Source: an uncultured Hyphomicrobiales bacterium
Lineage (GTDB): Bacteria > Pseudomonadota > Alphaproteobacteria > UBA7879
Assembly (NCBI GenBank): GCA_964402405.1
Contig: CAYOCE010000001.1
Span: 435-64,434, forward strand
DNA length: 64,000 nucleotides
Direction of reading: 5' to 3'
Shown: piece after piece, positions 51,938-62,098 of the stretch
Numbering within the stretch: the stretch's first letter is position 1
Layout: every line of letters starts with the position of its first letter
Translations under genes and position numbers: made by a program
The notes under the pieces: model-generated
Database searches by the model: none
Seen by the model: only the letters and a program-made list of their open reading frames with translations
Told to the model about the DNA's origin: nothing

Positions 51938-52198
51938 TTAAGGGTTTAACTCTTAAATCTAGCTATTGATAAATATTTGTCAGCAATTTCTGATGGATTA
52001 GGGGTTTGTGTAAATGCTGTGGGTGTTTTATCTCATTCACCACAGCTGCCGCAGTCTGGGTGAAAATCACCAAGACTACAAAATTTGTAGCTTTATTACA
52101 TTCAATCCCTGAATAACCCATCAGAAAGATTGATTCAGAGATTTTTAGATCCCCATGTTAACCATACGAATGGCATGTTCAGTCATAGAATCCTTTTC

Positions 52199-52774
52199 TT
52201 ATACAGCTTCCACGGCATAAGAAGGAAGCGAAATATGCATCTCTCGCCCTAAAAAGGTTAACAACAGTTGAACACGCTGTTTATCACTCATAAGCTCTAA
52301 TACACCTGTGTGGTCTTTAAAGACGCCCTCTAATACACGAACTTTATCACCTTTTGTGAACGTCGCCAAGCTGTTTACAGAAACGATCCCGCTCTCTATT
52401 TCTTGTGATTTTAAATCCTCAATAATTTGCATCGATAGGTATGCAGGATGTTTATCGCTTTCCATTAATAAATAAGACACACCCCGGGTTCCATTGATAC
52501 TGCGCCACCTGGTAGTTTCTAAATTCACTCCCACAAACAAATATCGAGGGAACAATGGCGCCAAGACTTCTTCCACCTTGCGTGCGTGACGGCGCAGTCT
52601 TTTAAATCTTGGTAAATAAACCTCAAACCCTTGATCAAGTAAATTCTTTTGGGCTATGAGTTCTTTTGAAGGTTGTGTATAGGCAACGCACCAATTGGTC
52701 AGAGAGGGATCTTCGTGAGATGTAGTAATATTCCTTAGCTTTTTTTCCTCCAAAGTATTTTGGAAAATTGCCAT
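52199..52774 (-). CDS. NusG-paralog transcription antiterminator (RfaH/UpxY-like) at the head of the polysaccharide locus
   Basis: NGN domain (WCVAYTQPSKE...GFEVYLPRF) plus a KOW motif (FTKGDKVRVLEGVFKDHTGVLE). It is followed by a 288-nt untranslated spacer before pseB. Confidence 0.7.
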   Translation of the reverse strand: MAIFQNTLEEKKLRNITTSHEDPSLTNWCVAYTQPSKELIAQKNLLDQGFEVYLPRFKRLRRHARKVEEVLAPLFPRYLFVGVNLETTRWRSINGTRGVSYLLMESDKHPAYLSMQIIEDLKSQEIESGIVSVNSLATFTKGDKVRVLEGVFKDHTGVLELMSDKQRVQLLLTFLGREMHISLPSYAVEAV

Positions 52775-52909
52775 TTAGAGCACCCCTTAAAAACCAGAAA
52801 ACAAAATTATGTTCATGAACAAAACTTATCTTAAATTGTCACACTAGTCAACGGTACCTTGAAATTTTTTATGTTCAACTGCATTTCCTCTACTTTAAAA
52901 GAAATGAGT

Positions 52910-52937
52910 CCTCTTTTCCAAAATTTTGGAAAAGAGG
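52910..52937. terminator. Perfect 28-bp palindrome between the upstream GT-B gene and the NusG paralog (terminator or operator)
   Basis: cctcttttccaaaattttggaaaagagg equals its own reverse complement. A T-rich tract follows on the minus strand. Confidence 0.5.
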
Positions 52938-52988
52938 AACCACCGACTACAGTTTATAAAATATAAGTAAAACTTTCTGACTTACGAT

Positions 52989-54155
52989 CTACGTATTAGA
53001 AATCACTTTTTCGCGTACATAATCCGCCACAATGTCTGAGCCTCCTCGAGGCATCCCAATTTTTGCACATACATCTACTTTTTTCACTTTAGCTCCAGAG
53101 CCAACTATCCCATCAATAGCAACGCGGAGTGTACCAGCATCGGCAACTCGAGAGGCAATACCCACCGCCGTTGCAAAGTTTTTATAGTCAGGCCCCGCCA
53201 CATACAGCACGGGAATTCCCATATAAAGCGCCTGCATCCCAACACTAGATTTATGGGTCAAAATTATATCCACAATTGTTGCAATTTGAGGTGTTGTAGC
53301 AACCTTAGAATCGACGATTTGTACGTGTTCCAGTCCTTCAGCAGCAGATTTCTCAAGATTTCCTGTCATCTTGGGGTGCGTTGTAACCAATATTTGAATA
53401 TTTTTCATCTCTCGAATCGCGTCAAAAAAGGTTTGTAAATATTTTGGATACTCTCCTTCATACGCCCCTCCCACAAACAAAATGGTTTTCTTTTTCTCAT
53501 CCAGCTTTAGCTTGGGTTTCAAGGCATTCACATCTGTTTTAGCAAAAGCTTTCTCCCAATCCTCAAGAGCGGGTTGTCCAGACACAATAATTTCAGCCTT
53601 TTGATTCTTAGCTTTCAGCTTGGTTTTCAACAGTTCTACTAATCCCTGATGGGGGACCATGTAGGCATCAATTGAGCCAATTTCCTCAAAGAATGGTTCC
53701 GCATAAGGTGTCGAATCAAAGGGGTCAAAATTATCATAAAACGCCACCACATGGACCCCCTTGGATTTAAAGTGATTTAAAATTTGGGCTTGGACTTTAG
53801 AGGCCATTCCTGCAATCACCAGTTTTGGTTCTACCTCTTGATCCAGCTGATGCAATTCTTCAACCGACAAAGTATCAGTCCGTTTCATGTGACGCACATC
53901 TTTTTGGATAATAAAATCCAACACGGCGGGATGGGTCTTTAGTTGTTCTTTTGAAATACCAAACGCCAAAATTTTATATCGAATACCTTTCTTTTGCCCA
54001 GGGGCTTTCTTCTTTAATTTTGCCGTCATGGGAAGCAACCCATTTTTATCCCCCGTATCATACGTTGAAATTAACAGATCCACCTTTTGAGGCGTTGAAA
54101 AAACGGGGAAGATAAAGAACAGCAGATAGAGAGTCGTAAAAATGAGGTGTAACAT
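52989..54155 (-). CDS. GT-B 'HP-motif' protein, paralog 3 (KpsS-like, alternatively LpxB-like), with an N-terminal hydrophobic segment
   Basis: IQILVTTHPKMTG ... IVDIILTHKSSVGMQALYMGIPVLYV pattern. The N-terminal LLISTYDTGD...RYKILAFG also weakly resembles the LpxB N-terminus. Confidence 0.35.
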   Translation of the reverse strand: MLHLIFTTLYLLFFIFPVFSTPQKVDLLISTYDTGDKNGLLPMTAKLKKKAPGQKKGIRYKILAFGISKEQLKTHPAVLDFIIQKDVRHMKRTDTLSVEELHQLDQEVEPKLVIAGMASKVQAQILNHFKSKGVHVVAFYDNFDPFDSTPYAEPFFEEIGSIDAYMVPHQGLVELLKTKLKAKNQKAEIIVSGQPALEDWEKAFAKTDVNALKPKLKLDEKKKTILFVGGAYEGEYPKYLQTFFDAIREMKNIQILVTTHPKMTGNLEKSAAEGLEHVQIVDSKVATTPQIATIVDIILTHKSSVGMQALYMGIPVLYVAGPDYKNFATAVGIASRVADAGTLRVAIDGIVGSGAKVKKVDVCAKIGMPRGGSDIVADYVREKVISNT

Positions 54156-54316
54156 AGAAAATCTCCTTTAAAATTATAGATAACCTAAAACACTAATCGG
54201 GACCATACTAAACTCTAAAACCTTTTTCAAGATGTATTATCATAAAAAATTATAAAAATTATGTTGATTTTTTTAATAACTTCTCATATTCTCCCCTACG
54301 TTCTTTTGTATAGACT

Positions 54317-54425
54317 CTCTCTGGACCACCCCGTTCTTGAACCATCCCGACGAAAGTCGGGATCCAAGAGCTCCAGAGTACTATTCAAGGTACTTGGACC
54401 CCGGCTTTCGCCGGGGTGGTTCTTA
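54317..54425. other. GC-rich double-hairpin structured element in the divergent promoter region upstream of comM
   Basis: Outer stem ctctgga/tccagag. Hairpin atcccgac-GAAA-gtcgggat (54344-54363) and hairpin accccggc-tttc-gccggggt (54398-54417). GC is far above the local background. Confidence 0.35.
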
Positions 54426-54476
54426 GAAAAAAATGGTTTGGTTATGTAAGAAGTTTATTTTTGAAAGGAGATAACT

Positions 54477-55973
54477 ATGGCTGCAAGAGTTTGGACGGTT
54501 GCGTTTTCAGGGATTGACGTTATCCCCATCGAGGTACAGGTACAGGTAACACCAGGTCTCCCGGCGTTTGTTATTGTGGGACTACCCGACAAGGCTGTGG
54601 GGGAATCCAAAGAACGTATCCGAAATGCCCTGCATGCCATTGGCTTGATGATCCCCCTACAGCACATCACTGTAAACCTAGCTCCGGCAGATATCCAAAA
54701 AGGAGGTAGCCATTATGACTTGGCGGTGGCAGTTTGTTTGTTGGGGATTATGGATGTGCTGCCTCTTCAAGAAATTAACCAATATATGATGATGGGAGAA
54801 CTGGCGTTGGATGGGTCTATCCGAGGGGTTACAGGGGTTTTACCCGCGGCCATGGCTGCCTTCAATCGAAATCTGAAATTCATTTGTCCCCATAGCTCGG
54901 GACCAGAGGCCGCTTGGATTAAGGACTTAAATATCCTGGCCCCCAATAGTTTACTGGCTTTAGTTAACCATTTTAAGGGCGTGCAAACCCTGACCCCGCC
55001 TATCCCTGGAATTGCGGAGAAGCCAGCCTCTATAAAAGATTTAAAGGATATCAAAGGCCAAGAAACGGCAAGGCGTGCCCTGGAGATTGCAGCAGCAGGA
55101 GGGCATAACATGTTGATGATGGGACCGCCGGGATCAGGAAAATCCATGCTGGCATCGCGCTTGCCGGGAATCCTACCGCCACTTACCCCCAATGAGGCAT
55201 TGGAGTTGACTATGATTTATAGTGTTGCCGGTATGCTGAAGGAAGGACAATTATTGAGTCATCGACCCTTTCGAGATCCCCATCATTCAGCGTCCTTGCC
55301 CTCGTTAGTGGGAGGGGGAATTCATGCAAAACCTGGGGAGGTATCCTTGGCCCATACGGGCGTCTTGTTTTTAGACGAGCTTCCTGAATTTTCGCGCGCT
55401 GGATTGGAATCGTTGCGTCAACCCCTGGAATCCAAACGGGCTGTCATATCCAGGGCCAATGCCCATGTTAGTTATCCCGCCAATATTCAATTGGTGGCCG
55501 CCATGAATCCCTGTATGTGTGGGTATTTAGATGATCCTGAGCGCGCCTGTTCCAGGGCCCCCAAATGTGGCGAGTTTTATCAATCCCGCATCTCAGGGCC
55601 TTTGATGGATCGTATTGATTTACACGTATATGTACGGGGGGTCTCTCCCGTGGATCTAGCAAAAAAAGAAGGCGGGGAGCCCACATCTGTGGTTGCCGCA
55701 CGGGTTAAAAAAGCTCGCGAGGCCCAATTGGATCGATATAAAGGTTTAGACTTTTCAATCAATGCACAATTGGATGGAGATTTACTATCCAAGTTTGTGC
55801 GCTTAACTGATAAGGCCGCAGAAATGCTAGAGGCTGCTGCTACAAAGGATCAGTTTTCTGCAAGACGATATTATAGGATTTTAAAAGTTGCTCGCACAAT
55901 CGCGGATTTGGAAGGGGTGGATTTAATTCAAGAAAATCACTTGGCTGAAGCTTTGTTTTTTAGGGGTGTGTGA
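54477..55973 (+). CDS. comM: YifB/ComM-family Mg-chelatase-like AAA+ ATPase
   Basis: Lon-like N-domain, Walker A GPPGSGKSM, and a C-terminal Mg-chelatase helical domain. Confidence 0.9.
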   Translation: MAARVWTVAFSGIDVIPIEVQVQVTPGLPAFVIVGLPDKAVGESKERIRNALHAIGLMIPLQHITVNLAPADIQKGGSHYDLAVAVCLLGIMDVLPLQEINQYMMMGELALDGSIRGVTGVLPAAMAAFNRNLKFICPHSSGPEAAWIKDLNILAPNSLLALVNHFKGVQTLTPPIPGIAEKPASIKDLKDIKGQETARRALEIAAAGGHNMLMMGPPGSGKSMLASRLPGILPPLTPNEALELTMIYSVAGMLKEGQLLSHRPFRDPHHSASLPSLVGGGIHAKPGEVSLAHTGVLFLDELPEFSRAGLESLRQPLESKRAVISRANAHVSYPANIQLVAAMNPCMCGYLDDPERACSRAPKCGEFYQSRISGPLMDRIDLHVYVRGVSPVDLAKKEGGEPTSVVAARVKKAREAQLDRYKGLDFSINAQLDGDLLSKFVRLTDKAAEMLEAAATKDQFSARRYYRILKVARTIADLEGVDLIQENHLAEALFFRGV

Positions 55974-55999
55974 TACTATACCATTTTCCGAAAATAATA

Positions 56000-56686
56000 T
56001 TAGACCTTAAACGCCTGGGGGTTAATGCGATATCCCTGACCCCAAACAGTTTGAATATAGTCGTCCTTAATCCCAAAATTTTTAAGCTTTTTCCGAAGGT
56101 GCCAAACAAAGGCATCGATGATGCGCACCCCAGGTTCATCAATCCCCCCATACAGGCGATCCAGCAGCATTTCCTTTGTGGAAATTTCCCCTTTGCGCAT
56201 AACGAGGCTTTCAAAAACCATATATTCTTTTTTTGTTAAAGGGATTACCACATTTTCAATTGTAACATTGCTGTTAGCCGGGGATATTTTCAAGGAACCG
56301 ACCTGAATTTCTGTAGAGGAAAAACCTTTGGATCTGCGAATGATGGAAAAAATTTTGGCATAAAGCTCTTCGTGATCATAAGGCGCTATGAAAACATCAT
56401 CCGCCCCCTTATTTAAAAGATGAATGGATTGTTCTTTTAAGGTATTTTCGGGCAGCAACACAATCACGGGTATTTTGGAAATTTCGTGAATTTTCTCAAA
56501 AATGTTTTCGATTCCGTCTGTTTCAAAATCGGTGAGGATCGTCAGGTCATGGGAATAGGATTCAAGGAGACTTTTTAAATTTTCAAACGAATGGGTGCAT
56601 GTCAAAGAAAGATTTGTTTTGGTTCCCAAAAATTCTTTGATCAGATACGTATCTATTTTTTCGTTTTCATATAAAATAATATTCAT
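56000..56686 (-). CDS. OmpR/PhoB-family winged-helix regulator with an atypical receiver domain
   Basis: C-terminal VWHLRKKLK...TVWGQGYRI DNA-binding domain. The receiver lacks the usual acidic pocket (IILYENEK instead of DD). Confidence 0.65.
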   Translation of the reverse strand: MNIILYENEKIDTYLIKEFLGTKTNLSLTCTHSFENLKSLLESYSHDLTILTDFETDGIENIFEKIHEISKIPVIVLLPENTLKEQSIHLLNKGADDVFIAPYDHEELYAKIFSIIRRSKGFSSTEIQVGSLKISPANSNVTIENVVIPLTKKEYMVFESLVMRKGEISTKEMLLDRLYGGIDEPGVRIIDAFVWHLRKKLKNFGIKDDYIQTVWGQGYRINPQAFKV

Positions 56687-56800
56687 TGTTCAATATTAAG
56701 TAAAAAATTATTAATTACATAATATATATTACCACAAATATGTATTTTTGTCTAATCCGAACAAAATAGATGACATCGTTTTGGCTTTTTAATGGCAGGA

Positions 56801-57916
56801 CTAATACCTCTCCAGTCTTTGATCACCATTTACGTCTGCATTTAGTAAAAAGCCAAAGCCAATCATCAGGGTCGTGAGGGCTGTTCCTCCATAGGATACC
56901 AAGGGTAATGGGATTCCTACCACAGGCAATAATCCCATCACCATAGCCATATTTACAAAGACGTAGATGAATAGGGTCATGACGATGCCAACGGCAATCA
57001 ACCTTGCAAAAATACTTTGGCATTGGAGGGCGATCTTGGTGCCGTAAAATAGCATCAATCCATAAAAGCTGATTAAAATTAATGCCCCCATCATGCCGAA
57101 TTCCTCGCAGAACATGGTGAAAATGAAATCAGTTTGTTTTTCCGGCAAGTAATTCAAATGACTCTGGGTTCCGTGCATATATCCCTTACCAAAGATGCCT
57201 CCTGAGCCTAAGGCAATTTTAGATTGAAGGATATGGTAGCCAGATCCTAAAGGATCATTTTCTGGATTTAGGAAGGTTAGGATTCGTTTCTTTTGATAGT
57301 CCCTTAGAAAAAACCATCCAAAGGGCATAACAGCACCGGCCCCTAACCCAATGCCTATAAAATAAAGCCTTGGGACGCCTGCCACAAAAAATATACTGAT
57401 GCCAATCATTGTCAGTAGAAGGGCTGTTCCCAAATCGGGTTGTTTTGAAACCAAGAGAACAGGTATCAGAATCATTAAGAAAGGCGGCAGCAAGAACGAT
57501 GGTTTTTTGACATCCTCCAAGGTAGATCGGTGAAAATAACACGCCAGCGCTAGGACCAGTGCGATACGCATCAGCTCAGACGGTTGGAGGCGAATGATAT
57601 ATAGATCCAACCACCGCTGCCCCCCTTTTCCTATTAAACCAAAAATCTCAACCCCTAATAATAAGGCAAAACTAAGCCCATAAATCCAATAGGCAAACCT
57701 TAGCCACACACGCATGGGGCTAATAGCAATTCCTAACATGACGCCGAATACAGCCAGAAACCTAAAAATTTGGGGGAGTGCCCAAGGATTAAGATTGCCC
57801 CCCCCTGCGGAATACAACATCACAAAGCCAAGGAGGGCAACAAGTGTAATCAAGGCAATGTAGCCATAATTCAACTGCATCAGTCGTTGATAGAGCGTTT
57901 GGTGATCATACCTCAT
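56801..57916 (-). CDS. rodA: Rod-shape determining SEDS protein RodA
   Basis: FtsW/RodA-family 10-TM protein immediately downstream of PBP2. Confidence 0.85.
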   Translation of the reverse strand: MRYDHQTLYQRLMQLNYGYIALITLVALLGFVMLYSAGGGNLNPWALPQIFRFLAVFGVMLGIAISPMRVWLRFAYWIYGLSFALLLGVEIFGLIGKGGQRWLDLYIIRLQPSELMRIALVLALACYFHRSTLEDVKKPSFLLPPFLMILIPVLLVSKQPDLGTALLLTMIGISIFFVAGVPRLYFIGIGLGAGAVMPFGWFFLRDYQKKRILTFLNPENDPLGSGYHILQSKIALGSGGIFGKGYMHGTQSHLNYLPEKQTDFIFTMFCEEFGMMGALILISFYGLMLFYGTKIALQCQSIFARLIAVGIVMTLFIYVFVNMAMVMGLLPVVGIPLPLVSYGGTALTTLMIGFGFLLNADVNGDQRLERY

Positions 57917-59720
57917 CTGAATTCCCTTGATTTAGTTGTTGAGCCTTTAAGAGTAAATCTCGGGCAATGGGGGCTGCGACTTGGGACCCCCATCCCCCAT
58001 GTTCCACCAAAACAAAGACCGCATATTTGGGATCTTGGATGGGGGCAAAGCCTACGAACATGGCATGATCCCGCAGATGCCACGGCATTTGGGATTGGGT
58101 GCGCACGCCCCGTAATCGTTCTTCCTTAGAAATTCGACACACTTGGGCTGTGGCTGTCTTTCCCCCCATCTCAAGCCCAGCATAGGGGATACGGGCCCCA
58201 TAGGAAGATCCCCCTTCTTTATTGGTGGCACCCGCAAGACCAGCCAAGATAGCCATTCTCGATTTTTCAGAAATTTCCAGAGAAGTCTTATTAAAGTGCT
58301 TATCCGAGGATACCAAATGGGGTTTTATCTTATACCCCCCATTTGCCAGACTTGCCATCATGGTGATCAGTTGCAAAGGCGTTACTAAAATCCCTCCTTG
58401 TCCAATGGACATAAGGACGGTGTCCCCTACATACCAGGGTTGATTTCTCACCCGTTTCTTCCAGGTGGGATCGGGTATAAACCCCGTTTTTTCGGCGGGC
58501 ATATCGATGCCTGTTTTCGCCTCAAATCCTAATTTCTTTGCCATGTTGATAATAGCCGTTGATCCCACCCGTTTAGCCAACTCATAGAAATAGACATCAC
58601 AAGATTTTTCGAGAGCTGAAATCATATCTAATGTCCCGTGCCCTTGCTTTTTATAACAATGGAAGGTGTGTTTTCCAATCATAATCTTCCCATGACACGT
58701 ACATGTTTCGCTAGGGTCTATACCCTCTTCAAGGGCAGCCAAAGCCACCACTATTTTAAAGGTAGAGGCCGGACTATAGAGTCCCTGAATAGCCTTGTTA
58801 ATAAGGGGGGACAAAGGATTGTCTGCAAGGGAACGCCAGACCTGCTGATTAACGCCCCCCACAAAAACACTGGGATCATAGGAGGGGGTTGAAACAAAGG
58901 TCAACATCTCCCCGGTGTGAACATCCATGACCAAGGCAACGCCACTTTTATAGGGCGCTAGTTTTTCGCTCGCATATTTCTGCAACTCTAAATCAATGGT
59001 CAGATGAAGATTGTTTCCTGGGATAGGGGGAGTTGACTTTACACACCTGACAGATCTTCCCCGGGCATTGACCTCTACTTCATTTCTTCCAGGAGTACCC
59101 CTTAAAATACTATCATATGTTTTTTCGATGCCCCCTTTGCCAATCATCGCTCCCGGCATCATCAAAGATCGATCGCGTTCAATTTCAGCAGCTGTGGGGT
59201 TTGCCACATATCCCAGTAAGTTTCCAACGGCGTGATGAACTTGATACAATCGATTGGTACGCATGCTAATGCTAAGGCTAGGGTAATGGAGAATGGCGAG
59301 CTCTAAGGCTGTGATTTCATTCACACTAAGATGATCCTTGATTTCAATGGGCACATACGAAGGGGTGCGCTCAGCCGTCTTTTTAATTTGATTCAAATCA
59401 TTGGGTGTTAGATGCAGCAAAGGGGCCATATAGTCCATCACTCCTTCTGTATTTTTAGATCGTTCTCTGAGGAAAGAGGCTGTATAATAGAGAGTGTTCT
59501 CAACAATTAGTTTTCCGTTACGATCAAAAATTTGTCCTCGTTCCGGAAAAATAAATTCAATATTGATGGCGTTATCGTCCGATAGAATTTTATATTTTTC
59601 AGCAAGGATGACCTGTAAATAAAAAAGCCTTAGAATCAATCCAAAAAACAAAATCCCCTGGATTATCAATAAGGCTCTAATTCTAGCATAAAAGGATTTA
59701 TATTGTTTTTGTGCCGTCAT
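57906..59720 (-). CDS. mrdA: Penicillin-binding protein 2 (elongasome transpeptidase)
   Basis: N-terminal TM and dimerisation domain. Transpeptidase motifs STFK, SCD and KTG. Confidence 0.9.
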   Translation of the reverse strand: MTAQKQYKSFYARIRALLIIQGILFFGLILRLFYLQVILAEKYKILSDDNAINIEFIFPERGQIFDRNGKLIVENTLYYTASFLRERSKNTEGVMDYMAPLLHLTPNDLNQIKKTAERTPSYVPIEIKDHLSVNEITALELAILHYPSLSISMRTNRLYQVHHAVGNLLGYVANPTAAEIERDRSLMMPGAMIGKGGIEKTYDSILRGTPGRNEVEVNARGRSVRCVKSTPPIPGNNLHLTIDLELQKYASEKLAPYKSGVALVMDVHTGEMLTFVSTPSYDPSVFVGGVNQQVWRSLADNPLSPLINKAIQGLYSPASTFKIVVALAALEEGIDPSETCTCHGKIMIGKHTFHCYKKQGHGTLDMISALEKSCDVYFYELAKRVGSTAIINMAKKLGFEAKTGIDMPAEKTGFIPDPTWKKRVRNQPWYVGDTVLMSIGQGGILVTPLQLITMMASLANGGYKIKPHLVSSDKHFNKTSLEISEKSRMAILAGLAGATNKEGGSSYGARIPYAGLEMGGKTATAQVCRISKEERLRGVRTQSQMPWHLRDHAMFVGFAPIQDPKYAVFVLVEHGGWGSQVAAPIARDLLLKAQQLNQGNSDEV

Positions 59721-59723
59721 TAA

Positions 59724-60230
59724 TTAAATCCTGAAAATCCTATTTTTCCTAAAGGTATTTATCAAAAGATAAACCCAAGGATATAAAAAAGCCGCAAATA
59801 AATAAGACCCCAAAGAAGAAGAGATATCAAAAAACTCTCCCCCTAAAAGGCAAATAACAAGCCACTCTATAATCATTAAGACAATGCAAGATAAGGAAAA
59901 TACTGCCCACTCCGTATTGAAGGAAAAATTAATCAAGTATCGACGCTCAAATAAAACAAATCCATAAAAGCATAAAAATAAAAAGGCACTCTCCCCAAGG
60001 AAGCAACATCCCATCGTGTCCTGAAGAATTCCTATCAGAAATATAGACCAGGGGGGTAATAAATCTGGTCGATAAATGGACCAATAATAAATAAAGGACA
60101 AACTAAGAAGAGGCGTAACAGGCAGCAGATAAAATAAGCGAGACCCATCCAAAATGGCAGCCGTTAAAAGTGTCAAAGTGGGGATGCTTTTTCGAAAGTT
60201 AACCCTGATGTGGTAAAGTAGCTTCTTCAT
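59724..60230 (-). CDS. mreD: Rod shape-determining protein MreD (membrane)
   Basis: ~165-aa polytopic membrane protein directly upstream of mrdA, which is the canonical mreD position. Confidence 0.5.
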   Translation of the reverse strand: MKKLLYHIRVNFRKSIPTLTLLTAAILDGSRLFYLLPVTPLLSLSFIYYWSIYRPDLLPPWSIFLIGILQDTMGCCFLGESAFLFLCFYGFVLFERRYLINFSFNTEWAVFSLSCIVLMIIEWLVICLLGGEFFDISSSLGSYLFAAFLYPWVYLLINTFRKNRIFRI

Positions 60231-60540
60231 TCAGTAATGTTAGTTACATGTACCGGTTGTTTCAAGAAATATTTGCCTGCAGGCATAAAATACGCGCTTC
60301 TGAAGATTTACGCAACAAAACCCAGAACCATCGATAACCATCTTCATGCTCATATGACACAAATATTAATCTTGAGCAAAATATATTGATTAACTTCACT
60401 GCTCAAGATACACTAATGATTGACTTGAGCATGAAAGGAGATGGGATGTCAGATGCTATCTCATGTGTCTTAGATCCTTATTCACGTTCGCTAAAGCTCA
60501 CGGCTCAGGGTGACGCCGATTTTTAAGAAAAAATTTCTTC

Positions 60541-61269
60541 TCACATTGTAAAATCAATGCCCAAATAGACGCGTCGAACATCCTCGTGAATGATAATGTC
60601 ATTTGCGGGGCCTTCGGTCAAAATCATCCCCTCATTCAAAATATAAGCCCGATCAACGATGTTCAATGTATCCCGCACATTGTGATCAGTCAGAAGAATC
60701 CCAATCCCCCGTTGTTTTAGGTGTAAAATCAGATCACGAATATCATTCACCGCAATAGGATCAATACCTGCTAAGGGTTCATCTAGTAAAATGTATTGGG
60801 GTTTCGTGGCAAGGGCTCTGGCAATTTCACACCGGCGGCGCTCTCCCCCCGATAGGGTGATGGCAAGAGTATGTCGTAGATGGGTAATGGAAAATTCAGC
60901 CAGCAATTCCTCTAATTCAGCTTCTCGTCTATCGGGATCAGGTTCTGCAATTTCTAGAATAGATTTGATATTTTCTTCAACAGTCAATCCCCGGAAAATA
61001 GAGGCCTCTTGGGGTAAATACCCAATGCCAAGCCTTGCCCGCCTAAACATGGGAAGGTTCGTAATATCATGCCCATCTAAAAACACCTGTCCATAATCAG
61101 GTTTGATCATGCCGCAGAAAATATAAAAGCAGGTTGTTTTGCCAGCCCCGTTAGGGCCCAGCAGACCAACGACCTCACCTGGCCGTACATAGACACTCAC
61201 GCCCCGCAGGATCGGCCTTTTTTTAAAAGCTTTACCAACATCTTTAATTTCTAAACCCATATTCATCAA
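60541..61269 (-). CDS. lptB: LPS export ABC transporter ATPase LptB
   Basis: Walker A GPNGAGKTT, signature LSGGERRR, and the LptB-type C-terminus. Confidence 0.85.
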   Translation of the reverse strand: MMNMGLEIKDVGKAFKKRPILRGVSVYVRPGEVVGLLGPNGAGKTTCFYIFCGMIKPDYGQVFLDGHDITNLPMFRRARLGIGYLPQEASIFRGLTVEENIKSILEIAEPDPDRREAELEELLAEFSITHLRHTLAITLSGGERRRCEIARALATKPQYILLDEPLAGIDPIAVNDIRDLILHLKQRGIGILLTDHNVRDTLNIVDRAYILNEGMILTEGPANDIIIHEDVRRVYLGIDFTM

Positions 61270-61276
61270 AATATCT

Positions 61277-62098
61277 TTAAGTCCTTAAAATCAACGCTTC
61301 AACACGATCCGTTTCAGTGCCTTTACTGGATTTATCATAGCCTGGCTTATGCTGCAAGACCCGACTAATCCCGTCGGTTGTTATTTCAGCGTACCCTCCT
61401 TGAATTTGTCCTTTTGAGTCTGATAATTCCACATCTCCCTCTAGATAGGTTTTTCCCTGGTCTTCGTCATGTTCTCCATAGTTTGCAATGGCTACTTGAT
61501 CCGGAAGGATAATTTTCACATTCCCTTTGGCTACCATCTTTTTTAACTTTGTTTTTCCATGGATGGTGGGAGCTTCCGTCGTTGATTTCTGAGAGGCATC
61601 TTCTTCCATATAGGCGATAACCTCATCTGCCATTAGGGTTTGATTCTCTTTTTCAATCTTCACATTCCCAAATGCTTGTGCTTGTTTTGCTTTAGGGGAA
61701 TAGATGATCTTTTCATAAGCGATCATCTTGATACCAGGTTCAACAAAGGTGACAGGGTTGCCTGTTAAAGTAATGGTATCCTGGGGAATATTATAAGTGG
61801 CCCGATCTGCATGAATTTTTCTTGGGGATTCTTCGATTACCACATGGCCCCAAACCTCTAATTGCTGAATAGCAATCTTTTTCTGCTCCCCTTTTGTAAA
61901 GTGAGCTTTCGCGTGATCCGCCTGTAATAGTTGATTCCCCCGCTTTACGACAATTTCCTGATGGGCTTCAATGGTTTGCTTGGCATCATCAATTTCCATT
62001 CCCCCTTTTGCGGAAATATCCACAACGGGTTTTTCATTTGATACGGCATTTAAGGAGAAGAACCCAAAAGCACATAACCCTATAAAACGAATCCTCAT
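61277..62098 (-). CDS. lptA: LptA/OstA-N family periplasmic LPS transport protein
   Basis: Signal peptide and an OstA-like beta-jellyroll repeat pattern, located between lptC and lptB. Confidence 0.55.
   Translation of the reverse strand: MRIRFIGLCAFGFFSLNAVSNEKPVVDISAKGGMEIDDAKQTIEAHQEIVVKRGNQLLQADHAKAHFTKGEQKKIAIQQLEVWGHVVIEESPRKIHADRATYNIPQDTITLTGNPVTFVEPGIKMIAYEKIIYSPKAKQAQAFGNVKIEKENQTLMADEVIAYMEEDASQKSTTEAPTIHGKTKLKKMVAKGNVKIILPDQVAIANYGEHDEDQGKTYLEGDVELSDSKGQIQGGYAEITTDGISRVLQHKPGYDKSSKGTETDRVEALILRT

Noticed and set aside
52989-54155. Confident call as lipid-A-disaccharide synthase LpxB
   Set aside because: The N-terminal G(D)-motif region resembles LpxB. However, the protein has an N-terminal hydrophobic extension and a C-terminal HP...NSTxG-like pattern shared with the two large locus-internal paralogs. 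It is kept as an ambiguous GT-B protein.
54261-54449. 62-aa ORF (plus strand)
   Set aside because: It lies entirely within the GC-rich double-hairpin element and has no RBS or protein-like composition (Leu/Ser/Pro/Arg-rich from GC bias). It is likely non-coding.
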